Origin: a virus
Taxonomy: Duplodnaviria; Caudoviricetes
Length of the DNA: 64,000 nt
Direction: 5' to 3' (one strand)
Virus record (IMG/VR): IMGVR_UViG_3300035109_000103
Coordinates: 4,800-68,799 of that record
The position numbers and the translations under genes were made by a program. Below, piece by piece: positions 62,873 to 64,000 of the stretch. The first letter of the stretch is position 1. Each line of letters begins with the position of its first letter. The notes under the pieces were generated by a model, which ran no database searches, was not told the DNA's origin, and saw nothing but the letters and a program-made list of their open reading frames with translations.

Positions 62873-64000
62873 ATGGCGGATTGTCTCCCGACGTTGCTGC
62901 TGATGCACTCCTGCATGTTCGCGATTCTCGGCGCCTTTCTCTATCTCGTCTGGCGCGAAGATCGGGAGGCCGCGGAATATCGCTGGTGGTGCGCGGCCCA
63001 GCTCGCGATCAGCGCCGGCGTCGGTCTGCTGTCGTTGCGCGGCTCCTACCCGCTTCTGGCGATCGGACTGGGCAATGCGCTCACCCTTTGGGGCATCGGG
63101 CTCGTCTGGGGCGGGGCGCGCGTGTTCAGCGGCCGGCCCGTGGATATGCGGCTGGTGCTGGCGGGCGGCGTGATCTGGCTTTTGTTCTTCTCCTCGAGCG
63201 TCGATTCCGTCCGCATCGTCGATCGCTGCGCGATGTCGGCGGTCTACGCTTTCCTGCTCGCCGACGAGTTCGCCTCGTTGCGCCGGCGCCGGACCTGGAC
63301 CCAGCAGGCGACGATCACGCTCGCCGCCGCGCATGCTGTTTTCGGGGCCTTTATCGCGGCTCTCGTGGTGCTGTCGATGGCGCGCGGCGGCGCGTTCGAT
63401 CCGCGGCCCTTCGTCTTCGCGGTCTCGCTGGAGGGGCTGGGCTACGGCGTGCTGCTCGGCTTCGCGCTGCTGGCGGTGACGAAAGAGAGCGCCGTGGAGC
63501 GGCAGAAGTCCATGGCGGCGACCGACCCTCTGACCGGCCTCTCCAACCGGCGCAGCTTCGATCAAAACGCCGATAGCGTGATTCGCAATTCGCGCGACCA
63601 AGGCGATTCCGCTCTGCTCATCTTCGATCTCGATCGGTTGAAGGCGATCAACGACAGCTTCGGCCATTCGATGGGCGATCGCGCCCTGACGACCTTCGGC
63701 GAGGTGGCGGCCAAGAGCATTCGCAACGAGGATTTTCTGGCGCGCATCGGCGGCGACGAATTCGCGCTTCTGCTGACGCGCGTCGACAGCGTGCGGGCGG
63801 TCGCTGTGGCCGAGCGCATTCGTTCCGCCTATGGCGCGGCGGCCGCAGCGCTCGGCGACGGACTCGCGTCCGTCAGCGTCGGCATCGCGCTCTCTGGACA
63901 TGAGACGCCCGATCTCTCCGCGCTGAAGGAGGAGGCCGACAAGGCGCTCTATGTCGCCAAATCCGGCGGCCGCAATCAGGTTTTCGTCGCCCAGCGATAA
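62873..64000 (+). CDS. Host membrane-bound diguanylate cyclase (GGDEF)
   Basis: Multiple TM helices; DPLTGLSNRR, DLDRLKAINDSFGH..GD, RIGGDEF. Confidence 0.93.
   Translation: MADCLPTLLLMHSCMFAILGAFLYLVWREDREAAEYRWWCAAQLAISAGVGLLSLRGSYPLLAIGLGNALTLWGIGLVWGGARVFSGRPVDMRLVLAGGVIWLLFFSSSVDSVRIVDRCAMSAVYAFLLADEFASLRRRRTWTQQATITLAAAHAVFGAFIAALVVLSMARGGAFDPRPFVFAVSLEGLGYGVLLGFALLAVTKESAVERQKSMAATDPLTGLSNRRSFDQNADSVIRNSRDQGDSALLIFDLDRLKAINDSFGHSMGDRALTTFGEVAAKSIRNEDFLARIGGDEFALLLTRVDSVRAVAVAERIRSAYGAAAAALGDGLASVSVGIALSGHETPDLSALKEEADKALYVAKSGGRNQVFVAQR

Noticed and set aside
1-64000. Lysis cassette and attL
   Set aside because: No holin, endolysin or spanin genes and no duplicated att core were found; they probably lie left of the window.

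Overview
Nearly the whole window (1 to ~62,690) is one lambdoid siphovirus prophage in a GC-rich alphaproteobacterium (host assignment is inference from gene families, e.g. GapR-like, DUF6362-like and NrdJ-tail-like proteins). Its right end carries xis and a tyrosine integrase next to an intact tRNA-Gly(CCC), followed by a host GGDEF gene. The left prophage end, attL and the lysis genes lie outside the window. Minus strand, 1-26.6 kb: late morphogenesis operon (ParB/MTase/PLP-enzyme cassette, terminase, portal, scaffold, P22-type coat, head-tail genes, tail tube, frameshifted chaperones, tape measure, tail tip, and a >=830-aa receptor-binding protein with an SGNH esterase domain that the ORF track missed). 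Minus strand, 28.1-41.5 kb: cro/cII-side early-middle operon (RuvC-like, primase, AAA helicase, three more DNA MTases, Gp37/Gp68, Q-like gene). The cI/cro switch with 17-bp operators is at 41.5-42.7 kb. Plus strand, 42.7-62.6 kb: PL operon (DUF932-like, many small ORFs, RecE/RecT, RecD-like helicase, HNH, J-domain, ParB, ASCH, xis, int). Most promising leads: (1) a ParB + amino-MTase + PLP fold-II enzyme cassette at the head of the packaging operon (possible new DNA modification pathway); (2) a diglycine-terminated protein paired with a Cys/His-rich partner; (3) a stand-alone mimic of the class II ribonucleotide reductase C-terminal tail; (4) repeated C-GGAU-G hairpins in the scaffold and capsid leaders; (5) a promoter whose spacing is set by an 11-bp tandem repeat; (6) apparent integration on the 5' side of a tRNA. 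All assignments come from motif reading by eye; no database search was run.
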